Of a stretch of 64,000 bases of DNA, positions 9,041 to 17,743 are shown in pieces. Every line of letters starts with the position of its first letter. Positions within the stretch are counted from its first letter, which is position 1. A program made the position numbers and the translations under genes. Below the pieces are notes generated by a model. That model saw nothing but the letters and a program-made list of their open reading frames with translations, made no database searches and was not told where the DNA came from. The stretch comes from a virus (taxonomy: Duplodnaviria; Caudoviricetes): IMG/VR virus record IMGVR_UViG_2974541498_000001, positions 32,001 to 96,000 of that record; one strand, 5' to 3'.

Positions 9041-11251
9041 TTATACATTATTAACTATTGATATTGTAGTAGTACTAGCAAATGATGAAGCGGACATATT
9101 TTTAGATGGGTCAGAAACATTAGAAATATTAGCATAAAAAGGAGTAATAGCATATATGCTAATAGTATTATCATTATTTATTACTAGCTTAATAGCATAA
9201 AAAACAGAGCCTCCAGCACTTACTGCTTGATAATAAGCAGTATAACTACTTGATACTACATCCTCTTTAGATAATTTCCATAATAGGTTTATATAACTCT
9301 TTCCTAATGCTGATGAAGTAGCATCACCAGAAACATCACCACTATTCGTAGTAAATGTATTATTAGGAAGCTGAGAAGATTTATACCCATCAGTAGTATG
9401 ATACCCACTTGCAAAGGATGGAGCAGTACCTTTTATGGACACATTAATAGTTATTGAACTTCCCATACTATCAATACTGTACCCATTTCCTAAGTTATTT
9501 AAATCAAATTTATATTGATAGGAACCTTGCCCCCAAGCCGTTAAGTAATTTCCAGTAGTACTAGGATTAGTGTCCTTTACGTAATCATATGAGTATCCAT
9601 CTGGGAGTGCTTTCATAGCAGTAGTATCAACGGAGTAGCTTATCATTTTAGTTATATATGGATAAATCCAGTAACCTTCAGATTTATCATCCTTAAAATC
9701 TTCACCATGATATGGAGTTATATTTAATACCCCATTACCTTCATTGCTTATAACTAATCTCGGAGATATTCTATTATTACCAGATGTTGATAAATTCATT
9801 CCATTACCACTAAAGTCTATAGTATAACTTGACCCAACCTCAAAGTTTTCACTAGTAAGGTAGTAAGGAATAGCTTTTAATAGTCCTAATTCTCCACTTT
9901 TGACAGTACTATCGTCATTAGGATTCCATACATAATAATTTATATCACTCAAGGTACCCTCAGTTTTGTTTACATAATGTATAGCCTTAAATCCAAAATA
10001 TATTCTTATTCCACCCAGTGGGGCTGACCCTCCTGCGTTCTCAGTAAAATTAGTACCTACAACTGAAGTATCATAGTTTATAGAATAACTAGGATCACTT
10101 TTTCTAAAGGTAACTGTATTATTACTAGGATCATAATTGTATACCAATCCCTGATTTGAATAAGATACGTTATCAGTAGGAATAGCTTGTGAAGCTACTG
10201 GATAAAATCTATCAACTATTGATGATAATTCATTTATAGCATTAACATAATTTGATTTATCCTTGGTAAGTAATTTATTTACATCACCAGTTTGACTAGC
10301 AGTAACTAATGGATCACCATTTATCATCTTAGGAGTATTGTCAAAAGTTATATTACCAGTAAAGTTTGTGTCTTTAGTAGAGTCAACCATGTTTGCAGTG
10401 GCCGCGTTAATGGCGGTTGCAATATCCGATTTAGTGCTGTATGGGTTTCCGGTTGTCTTATCTATTGGTGCCGTATCAAAAGTTTTTTGACCACCAATCT
10501 CTTCATTTCCAGAATTATGAACAACTTTGGAATCATCTGCCTTATCTTCCGGAGCTGGCGTCCAATCACTTAAAACTGATGATTTTTCTAAACTTGCTTG
10601 AATTGGATTACCATAAGTTCTAAAAGAAACTCTAACATAAGCGGTGTTAGCTGGAAAAACTACGGTAGAAACATTCGGAATTGAAATATTAGGAAACCCC
10701 AAAGGCAACATTCTTATAACTGATGTTATAGTTCCCGTCACTGTTGTATTTCCAGTTGAAGGGCGTGAGATAAATTGCTTATTAGCGTCATAAAATCCGA
10801 TTCCCCACCATGCCTGATTAGCGTTTACTTGTTGAATTATTTGACAATAATAGCTTTGCGTTATATCTACCGGAATGAAGTTTGAGATGACTTCTTTAGC
10901 TATTCCATCGGCATGTGATATTGTTCCATCGGCGCCATTTACATAACCAGAGTTGTAATTTGAAACGGGAAGAAGGTTTCTACCACCAATAGTATCTGAT
11001 AACTTATTAAACGGCTGTACTTGAGCTCCATTAAGTTGTTCAGTACCATTTTTATTATCATGTACTACTTTTGAATCGTCAGCCTTCGTTGCTAAATCAG
11101 TCTCTACCGTAGCTATACGAGAATCATAACTATTTACTATATCTGCCAAGTTAGACCCAGCAAAAGCCGCATGAATAAGCTCTTCAAAGTCAGCTCCTAC
11201 TGGTATATTTAAGTCTTTAAATTTTTGAATTAAATCTGCTTCCGTAGCCAT
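9041..11251 (-). CDS. fibre/receptor-binding-like virion protein (mosaic)
   Basis: KADDSKVVH repeats; GGRNLL...WTPAPED carbohydrate-binding-like module; L.TKDKSN.VNAINEL; late-promoter motif upstream. Confidence 0.7.
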   Translation of the reverse strand: MATEADLIQKFKDLNIPVGADFEELIHAAFAGSNLADIVNSYDSRIATVETDLATKADDSKVVHDNKNGTEQLNGAQVQPFNKLSDTIGGRNLLPVSNYNSGYVNGADGTISHADGIAKEVISNFIPVDITQSYYCQIIQQVNANQAWWGIGFYDANKQFISRPSTGNTTVTGTITSVIRMLPLGFPNISIPNVSTVVFPANTAYVRVSFRTYGNPIQASLEKSSVLSDWTPAPEDKADDSKVVHNSGNEEIGGQKTFDTAPIDKTTGNPYSTKSDIATAINAATANMVDSTKDTNFTGNITFDNTPKMINGDPLVTASQTGDVNKLLTKDKSNYVNAINELSSIVDRFYPVASQAIPTDNVSYSNQGLVYNYDPSNNTVTFRKSDPSYSINYDTSVVGTNFTENAGGSAPLGGIRIYFGFKAIHYVNKTEGTLSDINYYVWNPNDDSTVKSGELGLLKAIPYYLTSENFEVGSSYTIDFSGNGMNLSTSGNNRISPRLVISNEGNGVLNITPYHGEDFKDDKSEGYWIYPYITKMISYSVDTTAMKALPDGYSYDYVKDTNPSTTGNYLTAWGQGSYQYKFDLNNLGNGYSIDSMGSSITINVSIKGTAPSFASGYHTTDGYKSSQLPNNTFTTNSGDVSGDATSSALGKSYINLLWKLSKEDVVSSSYTAYYQAVSAGGSVFYAIKLVINNDNTISIYAITPFYANISNVSDPSKNMSASSFASTTTISIVNNV

Positions 11252-11274
11252 TAAAAAACCCCTTTCCTACAGTA

Positions 11275-11282
11275 TAATATAG
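11275..11282 (-). promoter_or_regulatory. putative late promoter CTATATTA
   Basis: same octamer precedes structural operons at 16948, 33291, 35420 and 37438. Confidence 0.55.
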
Positions 11283-11297
11283 GTAAGAGGGATTTCC

Positions 11298-11876
11298 TTA
11301 GTCATTGGCGAAGTCTTTTGAATAAATAAGTTTATTAGCAGTTTCCTTTACTCTTTCATGAGCAATTTTAACATCTAATTGAACCCGGTTCTTCTGAGAT
11401 TTATAATCCTGCTTCTTTTGTTCCAATAAGGAAATCATATTATTCTCTCGCTTAATCTCCGAATCAATATTAATAATTTCTTTTTCTAATCGCTTTTCTT
11501 TTACGCCAGAATCCGATTTAATATCTTGCTCATTCTTTAAAGCAATATCTAAGGCTTTTCTAAAAATATCAATAGCTTGCTTATTTAAATCCTCTGGCAA
11601 ATCATAGTTTACTTTAAAAATAGTAACAATCGTATCAGATTCCTTATCATAGACAAATACATTATCTTGTAGTAAATAATAATCAGCAGTTGTGTGGTAG
11701 AACCCTAATTGACCTCTATAAACCTTGTCGGCTCGATTAAAGGTTTCCTGGATATCCTTACATACTTTATCTTGGTTGTCTACCAGATATCGCGGGATAT
11801 CAATTCCTTTTAAATCCTGTTGCCGCTCTAACCAACGTTTCTTCGCATGTTCAGAAATTTTGCTCAAAATAATCAC
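11298..11876 (-). CDS. hypothetical protein, RelE/DUF4258-like N-terminus plus coiled coil
   Basis: ISEHAKKRWLER...VFVYDKESDTIVTIF followed by heptad-rich helix. Confidence 0.6.
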   Translation of the reverse strand: MIILSKISEHAKKRWLERQQDLKGIDIPRYLVDNQDKVCKDIQETFNRADKVYRGQLGFYHTTADYYLLQDNVFVYDKESDTIVTIFKVNYDLPEDLNKQAIDIFRKALDIALKNEQDIKSDSGVKEKRLEKEIINIDSEIKRENNMISLLEQKKQDYKSQKNRVQLDVKIAHERVKETANKLIYSKDFAND

Positions 11877-11972
11877 TCCTTTTTATTTATTATACTACCT
11901 ATTTAGAAATATGTAAAGAAAAAGCCACTCATTATCCTTTAGCAGATATGAGCGACTTCTCCTTCATTAATT

Positions 11973-12008
11973 TTATTTGACTCTAGACAATAGCATCCAA
12001 TCAGGCAT
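11973..12008 (-). other. stand-alone short transcription unit: 11-aa ORF MPDWMLLSRVK or sRNA
   Basis: TTGACA(12058)-17-TAATAT promoter, AAGAGG RBS, terminator AAGTCGCTCAT...ATGAGTGGCTTTTCTTT. Confidence 0.4.
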
Positions 12009-12073
12009 ACCGACCTCTTGAATATATTAATATTAACATATTATTTATATTTTGTCAACACTTTTAGTTTAAT

Positions 12074-12116
12074 AAAAAGCCGCCCCGCTATAACTTTGGT
12101 AAGTTAAGGGGCGACT
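12074..12116 (-). terminator. intrinsic terminator downstream of HNH gene
   Basis: GTCGCCCC...GGGGCGGC-TTTTT. Confidence 0.7.
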
Positions 12117-12216
12117 AATATAATCTATTCTTCTACACTATCGGCTTTCCATCCCCCCACTAAAGTAAGGAGATTTCCGCCCGACTACTATTAAATTAAT
12201 ACCAGCCATTAGGTCA

Positions 12217-13377
12217 CTACTCATCAATATACTTAAAACACCACCCATATAATTTTGAACGCCGACGGGTAAATGGCTTACCATCTTTTAAGCGTCGAAA
12301 TATGTTAGCGTGAGTTCCTAAGCAACGATTAGCCTCAGCAACTGACTTATAGTAATGCTCATTTCCATCTGGATCAATACCAATAATCCCACCACGATTT
12401 AATAATTTATGATCTACTGTAATATGACCCGTTCGTTCATATTCTTCCTGTGCTTTCTCTTGTAAAACTCGGCCATCTTCAATTGTCGATACCATACCTA
12501 AATATTTAGATGTATGTGGACTGATATGCAGGGAAACTTGATAGGCACGGCGATAATCTGACCAATTAATACCAGGATTTTCTGACAGGTGATAAACAGG
12601 CTCTTTTTCATAATCACCATTTGGGCGTTTAAATGTATGGTAAATATGATGCTCCGTCTCAAAATCATAACGGCGACGCAAGGCATTATTTAAAATATAA
12701 TAATAACCTAATGAAATATGATGCTTATCAACATTTCCAAATGCTTCATATTTATCATGAGCGCGTCGGTTCTGACCCTTAGGACATAAGCGAACGCCCT
12801 TATATTGGTTTTTAGTATTCTTAAATTTATGACGATTATAAGCTTGCATTGATTTTGTTGCCCAACGAACATTACCTTTAATATATCCTAAATCTGGATT
12901 AATCCGATCAATTGAATAGGTAGGGCCGGGTTTATCACCAATTTCATGATAAAATGCCCAAGGATCATCTACCCATTCAGATTCAATCATCTTACCTTTA
13001 ATTCGTTTGGGGTTATAATAGTCCTTATCATTATTGTTAGGGTTACTTACCCGTTTAAGCATACTCTCATAGTTAGAAAACCATGACTCGTTACTAGCTC
13101 CATGTTTATAACTTAGCTTACGAAGATGTTCTGTAACTAATTTTCGATTTACATGACCACATGAAATAACGGTACCTTGTTTTAAATTATAAGCACGAAC
13201 CACACATGTTTTTCCACAGTCGCACAAACACTTCCACATTGCCCGACCGCGATTATCCTTCTGTTCAAAATCGATTACAACTAAATGGCCAAAATGCTGT
13301 CCTTTTAAATCTTCAATTTCGCCAAGAACTCTGTTAGGACGTTTAGAAACAGTTACACCATTTACTACCCGTGACAT
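12217..13377 (-). CDS. free-standing HNH homing endonuclease with AP2-like and NUMOD1-like DNA-binding domains
   Basis: WKCLCDCG..SCG Zn motif, SIDRINPDLGY..GNVRWAT, YKGV..ISLGYY AP2-like repeats, C-terminal YKSVAEANRCLG; likely start ATG 13377. Confidence 0.85.
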   Translation of the reverse strand: MSRVVNGVTVSKRPNRVLGEIEDLKGQHFGHLVVIDFEQKDNRGRAMWKCLCDCGKTCVVRAYNLKQGTVISCGHVNRKLVTEHLRKLSYKHGASNESWFSNYESMLKRVSNPNNNDKDYYNPKRIKGKMIESEWVDDPWAFYHEIGDKPGPTYSIDRINPDLGYIKGNVRWATKSMQAYNRHKFKNTKNQYKGVRLCPKGQNRRAHDKYEAFGNVDKHHISLGYYYILNNALRRRYDFETEHHIYHTFKRPNGDYEKEPVYHLSENPGINWSDYRRAYQVSLHISPHTSKYLGMVSTIEDGRVLQEKAQEEYERTGHITVDHKLLNRGGIIGIDPDGNEHYYKSVAEANRCLGTHANIFRRLKDGKPFTRRRSKLYGWCFKYIDE

Positions 13378-13412
13378 TTTATACCTTCTTCCACAAAAAA
13401 TATACAAAACAA

Positions 13413-13442
13413 AAACCTAGTAGGAGTGATCCTACTAGGTTT
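13413..13442 (-). terminator. perfect hairpin between LysM and HNH genes
   Basis: AAACCTAGTAGG-ATCACT-CCTACTAGGTTTTT. Confidence 0.65.
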
Positions 13443-13479
13443 AATTATATCATCGAATGGTATTAAAAACAACTAAACA

Positions 13480-14064
13480 TTAGTAATAATTGTGTGATAA
13501 CCAAAATTCCTTAGCCTTTTCCCATGATCCATATCGCTGGGCAACATATTTATCAGCTACTCTTTCTTGATTAGCGGCAGAATAATCCCCGTTTAAGTAG
13601 GAAGCACTTAATTGAAATTTTCCAACATACTGACCATTTTGTGCGGAATAAGAACCACCAGATTCTTTATTAGCAATCCAAGCCTTAGCACTAGAAGCAT
13701 CCCCACTATAACTTGATTGCTTAGCAACATTATTAGTATTAGCATTCGAAGCGTATTGTGTGGAACTATTGTTCACTTGGGTATTTTCTGTAGTAGGAGC
13801 CTCTGCCTTCTTAGGGGCAACATACGTATATCCACTATCAGATAGCTTAATAGTATCTCCCGGATAAATAATACTGCTTTCTGATAATCCGTTCTCTGAA
13901 AGCAAATCTGTTAGTGGCGTATTATAGCTCTGACTAATACCCCATAGAGTATCCCCTTGTTTTACTGTATAGGAAGTATCTGCACTAGCTACCGTAGATA
14001 CCCCCAAAATACTAAGACCGGTAATGGCCCCAAGGACCAAACTCATAATTTTATTTTTTAACAA
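13480..14064 (-). CDS. secreted LysM protein with aggregation-promoting-factor-like (lysozyme-fold) C-terminus
   Basis: signal peptide; YTVKQGDTLWGIS LysM; AKAWIANKESGGSYSA.NG.Y.GKFQL...YLNGDYSAANQERVADKYV..RYGSW typical of lactobacillus Apf. Confidence 0.85.
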   Translation of the reverse strand: MLKNKIMSLVLGAITGLSILGVSTVASADTSYTVKQGDTLWGISQSYNTPLTDLLSENGLSESSIIYPGDTIKLSDSGYTYVAPKKAEAPTTENTQVNNSSTQYASNANTNNVAKQSSYSGDASSAKAWIANKESGGSYSAQNGQYVGKFQLSASYLNGDYSAANQERVADKYVAQRYGSWEKAKEFWLSHNYY

Positions 14065-14164
14065 ACAATAACTTCCTTTCTTTTATGGTTTTAATTTACC
14101 ACACGTTCCAAGTAAAAGGAAGCTATTAATATATTTGTTATTTTCTAGTAACACTTACGTAATA

Positions 14165-14506
14165 TTAAAGGTTCTTCTTTAATACTTTTAAACAATAATC
14201 TAAATCAGTTGTTCCTTTAGATATCTTAAATACATAGCTAAGTGAAGTCGGTTCATCTTCATTATCTGGAATAACCTTAATAACTATTCCGGCTTTATCA
14301 TCGTCAAATAAATCCTTAGTGACTCTAAAGAAATCTTGATATTCATCAGTAAAATCTTGGCTAAAATAATCATTATCCTCAGAATTATCCATAAGAATAA
14401 GGGGGAACTCCATAACACAGGTATCTTGGCTTCCAACCGTGCTTCCTAATAATCGCTCCTTACTAGCTTCTAGGGACTTAATTAAACTATTTATTTGCTT
14501 GTTCAA
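14165..14506 (-). CDS. hypothetical protein
   Basis: 113-aa ORF. Confidence 0.65.
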   Translation of the reverse strand: MNKQINSLIKSLEASKERLLGSTVGSQDTCVMEFPLILMDNSEDNDYFSQDFTDEYQDFFRVTKDLFDDDKAGIVIKVIPDNEDEPTSLSYVFKISKGTTDLDYCLKVLKKNL

Positions 14507-14693
14507 TGTTTAGTCTTCTTTCTACAATTTTATTATTTATATGATTAAGTTTTCTTCTAACATATAAATTTCTTTTCTCTATCTTTCTGATAGTTCTTTT
14601 ATGATATAAATATGATAACACAAATATCAGAATAAATAGAATTAGTAAAGATGAAACTATACAAAGTAATACCATAACTATTCCTCCAAACAA
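14487..14693 (-). CDS. small membrane protein
   Basis: N-terminal TM helix and basic tail. Confidence 0.6.
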   Translation of the reverse strand: MFGGIVMVLLCIVSSLLILFILIFVLSYLYHKRTIRKIEKRNLYVRRKLNHINNKIVERRLNIEQANK

Positions 14694-15538
14694 ATATCTT
14701 TTAATTTAATTGTAGCTTGTTTATTGTTTTCTTTAGTACAAAGTAAAGAGATAATAGGATTATTTTCAAATACTTCTTTTTCTATAACTAAATCTTTTTT
14801 ATTTTCTCTACTAATTAAGGCCAAAGCTTTAACAAACTCTGAAATTAAATTTTTATATTCTGGATTATAAGCTAGATATTTAGATTGTATTTTATTATCT
14901 ATCTTCAAGCCAATTATCGCTATAGTAGTTCCATTTAAATTAATATATGCGTAATTATCATAATTAAGAGATTGAGTCCCATTAACTATAAACTTTTCTG
15001 GTATCTTATTAATTTTGCTAATAGCTGTGTCAGATACTTTGTCTAAAGCCTCTCCAATTAATCCATAAGTTAATTCAGCATCTGTTTTCTCTTTATTCGG
15101 CAATAGCTGATTCTGTTTTTTATTATCCTTATTAGGTAAAGGATTTTTTATTTCCGATTTATTAATAGCGCTAAAAGAGTCATGAGAACTATAGGAGGGT
15201 GCTTCTATTGATTCCTTAGTATTTATACTGGGAATAGGATTAAGGACCTCTATATTGCTCCCATACCTATTTAAATTGATTCTACGGTAGTCCTCACTAC
15301 TAGGGGTAATTGATTTAGAATATCTGTATAATGATAAGTAGTCGTTGAAACCATATAATAAAACTATTGGATAGTTATTATCTGTCAATTCCTGATTATT
15401 CTTAATGACAATAGATTCTGAATCAACATTTCCAATAGTTATATTTTTTAAAGTTGTTAAATCAATATCTTTATCAATAGTTTCTTTTGTAGCTTCTTCT
15501 AAGATTTTTGAAAAATCTGCTTCATTCAAACAATTCAC
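14678..15538 (-). CDS. hypothetical protein
   Basis: 286-aa ORF. Confidence 0.7.
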   Translation of the reverse strand: MNCLNEADFSKILEEATKETIDKDIDLTTLKNITIGNVDSESIVIKNNQELTDNNYPIVLLYGFNDYLSLYRYSKSITPSSEDYRRINLNRYGSNIEVLNPIPSINTKESIEAPSYSSHDSFSAINKSEIKNPLPNKDNKKQNQLLPNKEKTDAELTYGLIGEALDKVSDTAISKINKIPEKFIVNGTQSLNYDNYAYINLNGTTIAIIGLKIDNKIQSKYLAYNPEYKNLISEFVKALALISRENKKDLVIEKEVFENNPIISLLCTKENNKQATIKLKDICLEE

Positions 15539-15582
15539 CTTCTTATCTTTAATATAATAAAAGGGCGACTAAATAGTCGTCC

Positions 15583-16188
15583 TTACTTTAATAAGTTAGC
15601 ATCAATTAGAGTATATCCACCATTAGCTATAAACACATAATGTCCGTCTACTAGGAATATGGAGGTATTAGGAATATCTGAAAACTTTAACGAAATGTTA
15701 TATCCATAATAAGCAAATATAGGAGATCCATTCCGCGTCTCTAATATTAAAACACGCTCACTAGAAATATCAGGAATATCCTTAATTTGCTTTTTTATAT
15801 TAGTAACCGGATAGATTCTTTTTATATTATTCGGCTGAGTAATGAGTACATTCTTATTCGTTTCTACTCGGTTAGTTCCTACCCTAATAATAATATGATT
15901 ATTTAAGCTAGGATCCGCTGGATTATTAATATATTTAACATTAGTACCATATCCCTTAATATCAGCTAACTTTTTCCCTTGCTGGTCATATATATATCCA
16001 GCAGAATAGATACCTTCGGTCTTTTCTAATAATTCAGAAGAGTCTACAATGTTAGGTTGCTTTGGCTTATTAGCTTTTAAATACCAATTACCAAAGAATA
16101 ATATCAAGGAAGCTATAATTATTAACACACCCGGAACTACTATATTCATCTTATTTAAGTAACGAAATAACTGATGATTATTATGCAA
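15583..16188 (-). CDS. membrane-anchored hypothetical protein
   Basis: N-terminal TM helix, ATGA-type overlap with upstream gene. Confidence 0.7.
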   Translation of the reverse strand: MHNNHQLFRYLNKMNIVVPGVLIIIASLILFFGNWYLKANKPKQPNIVDSSELLEKTEGIYSAGYIYDQQGKKLADIKGYGTNVKYINNPADPSLNNHIIIRVGTNRVETNKNVLITQPNNIKRIYPVTNIKKQIKDIPDISSERVLILETRNGSPIFAYYGYNISLKFSDIPNTSIFLVDGHYVFIANGGYTLIDANLLK

Positions 16189-16555
16189 AGTACCGTTTAA
16201 GCTCCATTACTGCATCATCTAGCTTGTTTTCAACACTATCATCACCATAGTTATAAGCTGAAATAGTATTTAGATCTTCTTTAATATTATCCGGATATGG
16301 TGCGATTCCCTTATTAACCCCAATAGCTACGATCTGATAGGTGTTAACCCAAACTTTATCAGAATTCCTATCAGCTTTTTGACTATATACTTCCATAAAA
16401 GGTGCATTACGTGTTTTACCAGAAGTTACTTGTGATAAAACTTCTAGCGGTGTTTTACTACTAATTCCATCATATTTTCCGAACAAGAAATACGTACCCG
16501 CGGATGTTGTGATATCTAACCAAGTATCCGCTTGTGGAAAATTATACTTAACCAT
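16181..16555 (-). CDS. conserved phage protein upstream of terminase
   Basis: 124-aa ORF in the divergent block next to the terminase genes. Confidence 0.7.
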   Translation of the reverse strand: MVKYNFPQADTWLDITTSAGTYFLFGKYDGISSKTPLEVLSQVTSGKTRNAPFMEVYSQKADRNSDKVWVNTYQIVAIGVNKGIAPYPDNIKEDLNTISAYNYGDDSVENKLDDAVMELKRYFA

Positions 16556-16572
16556 TTAAATAAACCTGCTTT

Positions 16573-16875
16573 CTACATAGATAAAATATTTGTTATATAA
16601 TATGTGATTAATCCGCCAATAGCCGCAAAGAATATGGAATTGAGGAAGTTATACATATACTCTCCCTTGCTATTGGATTGCTTAATAATATTATTAACAT
16701 CCTCTTTTATATTCTCTACTTCTTGCCTAAATATTGTATTCGTTACCTCCTGTTCTTCGTAGTTTGTTTGAATGTAACCAAGAAGTCTATTCTGGTTACG
16801 TTCTAAGTCTAACATAGACCGGTGAGTATCGTCAATATCCTCAATTGGAAATAGAGAAAAGTCTTCCTTTGACAC
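16573..16875 (-). CDS. coiled-coil protein with C-terminal TM (holin/hemolysin XhlA-like architecture)
   Basis: heptad region plus C-terminal hydrophobic helix. Confidence 0.55.
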   Translation of the reverse strand: MSKEDFSLFPIEDIDDTHRSMLDLERNQNRLLGYIQTNYEEQEVTNTIFRQEVENIKEDVNNIIKQSNSKGEYMYNFLNSIFFAAIGGLITYYITNILSM

Positions 16876-16915
16876 TCTTACATCCCCCCTATATAAGGAT
16901 TTACTACCTCTATTT

Positions 16916-16955
16916 TAATATAGGTAAGGGTGATAATCCCAATAAAGCTATATTA
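16916..16955. promoter_or_regulatory. divergent pair of putative late promoters (CTATATTA on each strand)
   Basis: TAATATAG at 16916..16923 and CTATATTA at 16948..16955 at the strand switch. Confidence 0.55.
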
Positions 16956-16991
16956 TACTATGAAAAGGCCACAGTTAGGAGTGATAAATAA

Positions 16992-17273
16992 ATGTTTAAA
17001 CGGAATAAGCTAAAAGATTCCGGAATAAAGGTACTACTCATTATATCTATTCTGTCTATCTATGGTTTAATATTAAGCATTCTAAAAAAGTTTCTAAATA
17101 TTAATAGTATATCTACTATTTTAATTGTTGCTATTGGTGTCATTTTGTCTTTCCTAATAAATATTTTATACAACTATTATATTCAATACAGCAAAGAAGC
17201 TGAGCTTAATAGAAAAAGTAAACGGGCTATGGATAGAATTACCCAATTAGAAAAAGATATTAATAAAAGATGA
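16992..17273 (+). CDS. two-TM membrane protein
   Basis: two hydrophobic helices; position before small terminase. Confidence 0.7.
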   Translation: MFKRNKLKDSGIKVLLIISILSIYGLILSILKKFLNINSISTILIVAIGVILSFLINILYNYYIQYSKEAELNRKSKRAMDRITQLEKDINKR

Positions 17274-17287
17274 GTGGTGAATAATAC

Positions 17288-17734
17288 ATGGGAATGGCTG
17301 ACAAGATAAAAAATAATCTAGATACTGCTCAGAACGATCAAGAAGTTCTATTAAAAAATCAATTTAATTCTGGAACAAAAGTTTTGATGGAAAAATTTCT
17401 TGAAAATGTTCAAGCGGGAGAAGTTTCCCTTAATAGTATTAATGATTATAATCAGCTCTTTAAAATTTTCCAAGAAGTCAACCACTTAACCGCTGAAGAT
17501 GGTGCAGAAGGAAATGGAAAGCCTCCTAAGCTATCCCTTGCTGAGGAAGACTCAATTGAAAATAAACTAAAAGTTGATACTAGGCGGGTTATGGAATCAG
17601 ATGGTCAAATGGTTGATAAGAAACAAATAGATATTAATGACATTAAAAATCTTTCAGAAAAAGACGTTGATGACATCGCGATAGATAGAACTACCATTTT
17701 AAATAATCGTAATGGTGGCTTTGATGTCGACTAA
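17288..17734 (+). CDS. terS: terminase small subunit (putative)
   Basis: immediately upstream of TerL; size and helical pattern as in SPO1/Twort-like phages. Confidence 0.65.
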   Translation: MGMADKIKNNLDTAQNDQEVLLKNQFNSGTKVLMEKFLENVQAGEVSLNSINDYNQLFKIFQEVNHLTAEDGAEGNGKPPKLSLAEEDSIENKLKVDTRRVMESDGQMVDKKQIDINDIKNLSEKDVDDIAIDRTTILNNRNGGFDVD

Positions 17735-17743
17735 GGAGGTTCA

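Noticed and set aside
7862-11251. Diversity-generating retroelement or shufflon acting on fibre genes
   Set aside because: Shared segments differ at all base types, not just adenines; no reverse transcriptase or invertase in the window.
13480-14064. Endolysin call for the LysM protein
   Set aside because: Signal peptide plus Apf-like C-terminus and no adjacent clear holin; no convincing endolysin was seen in this window.
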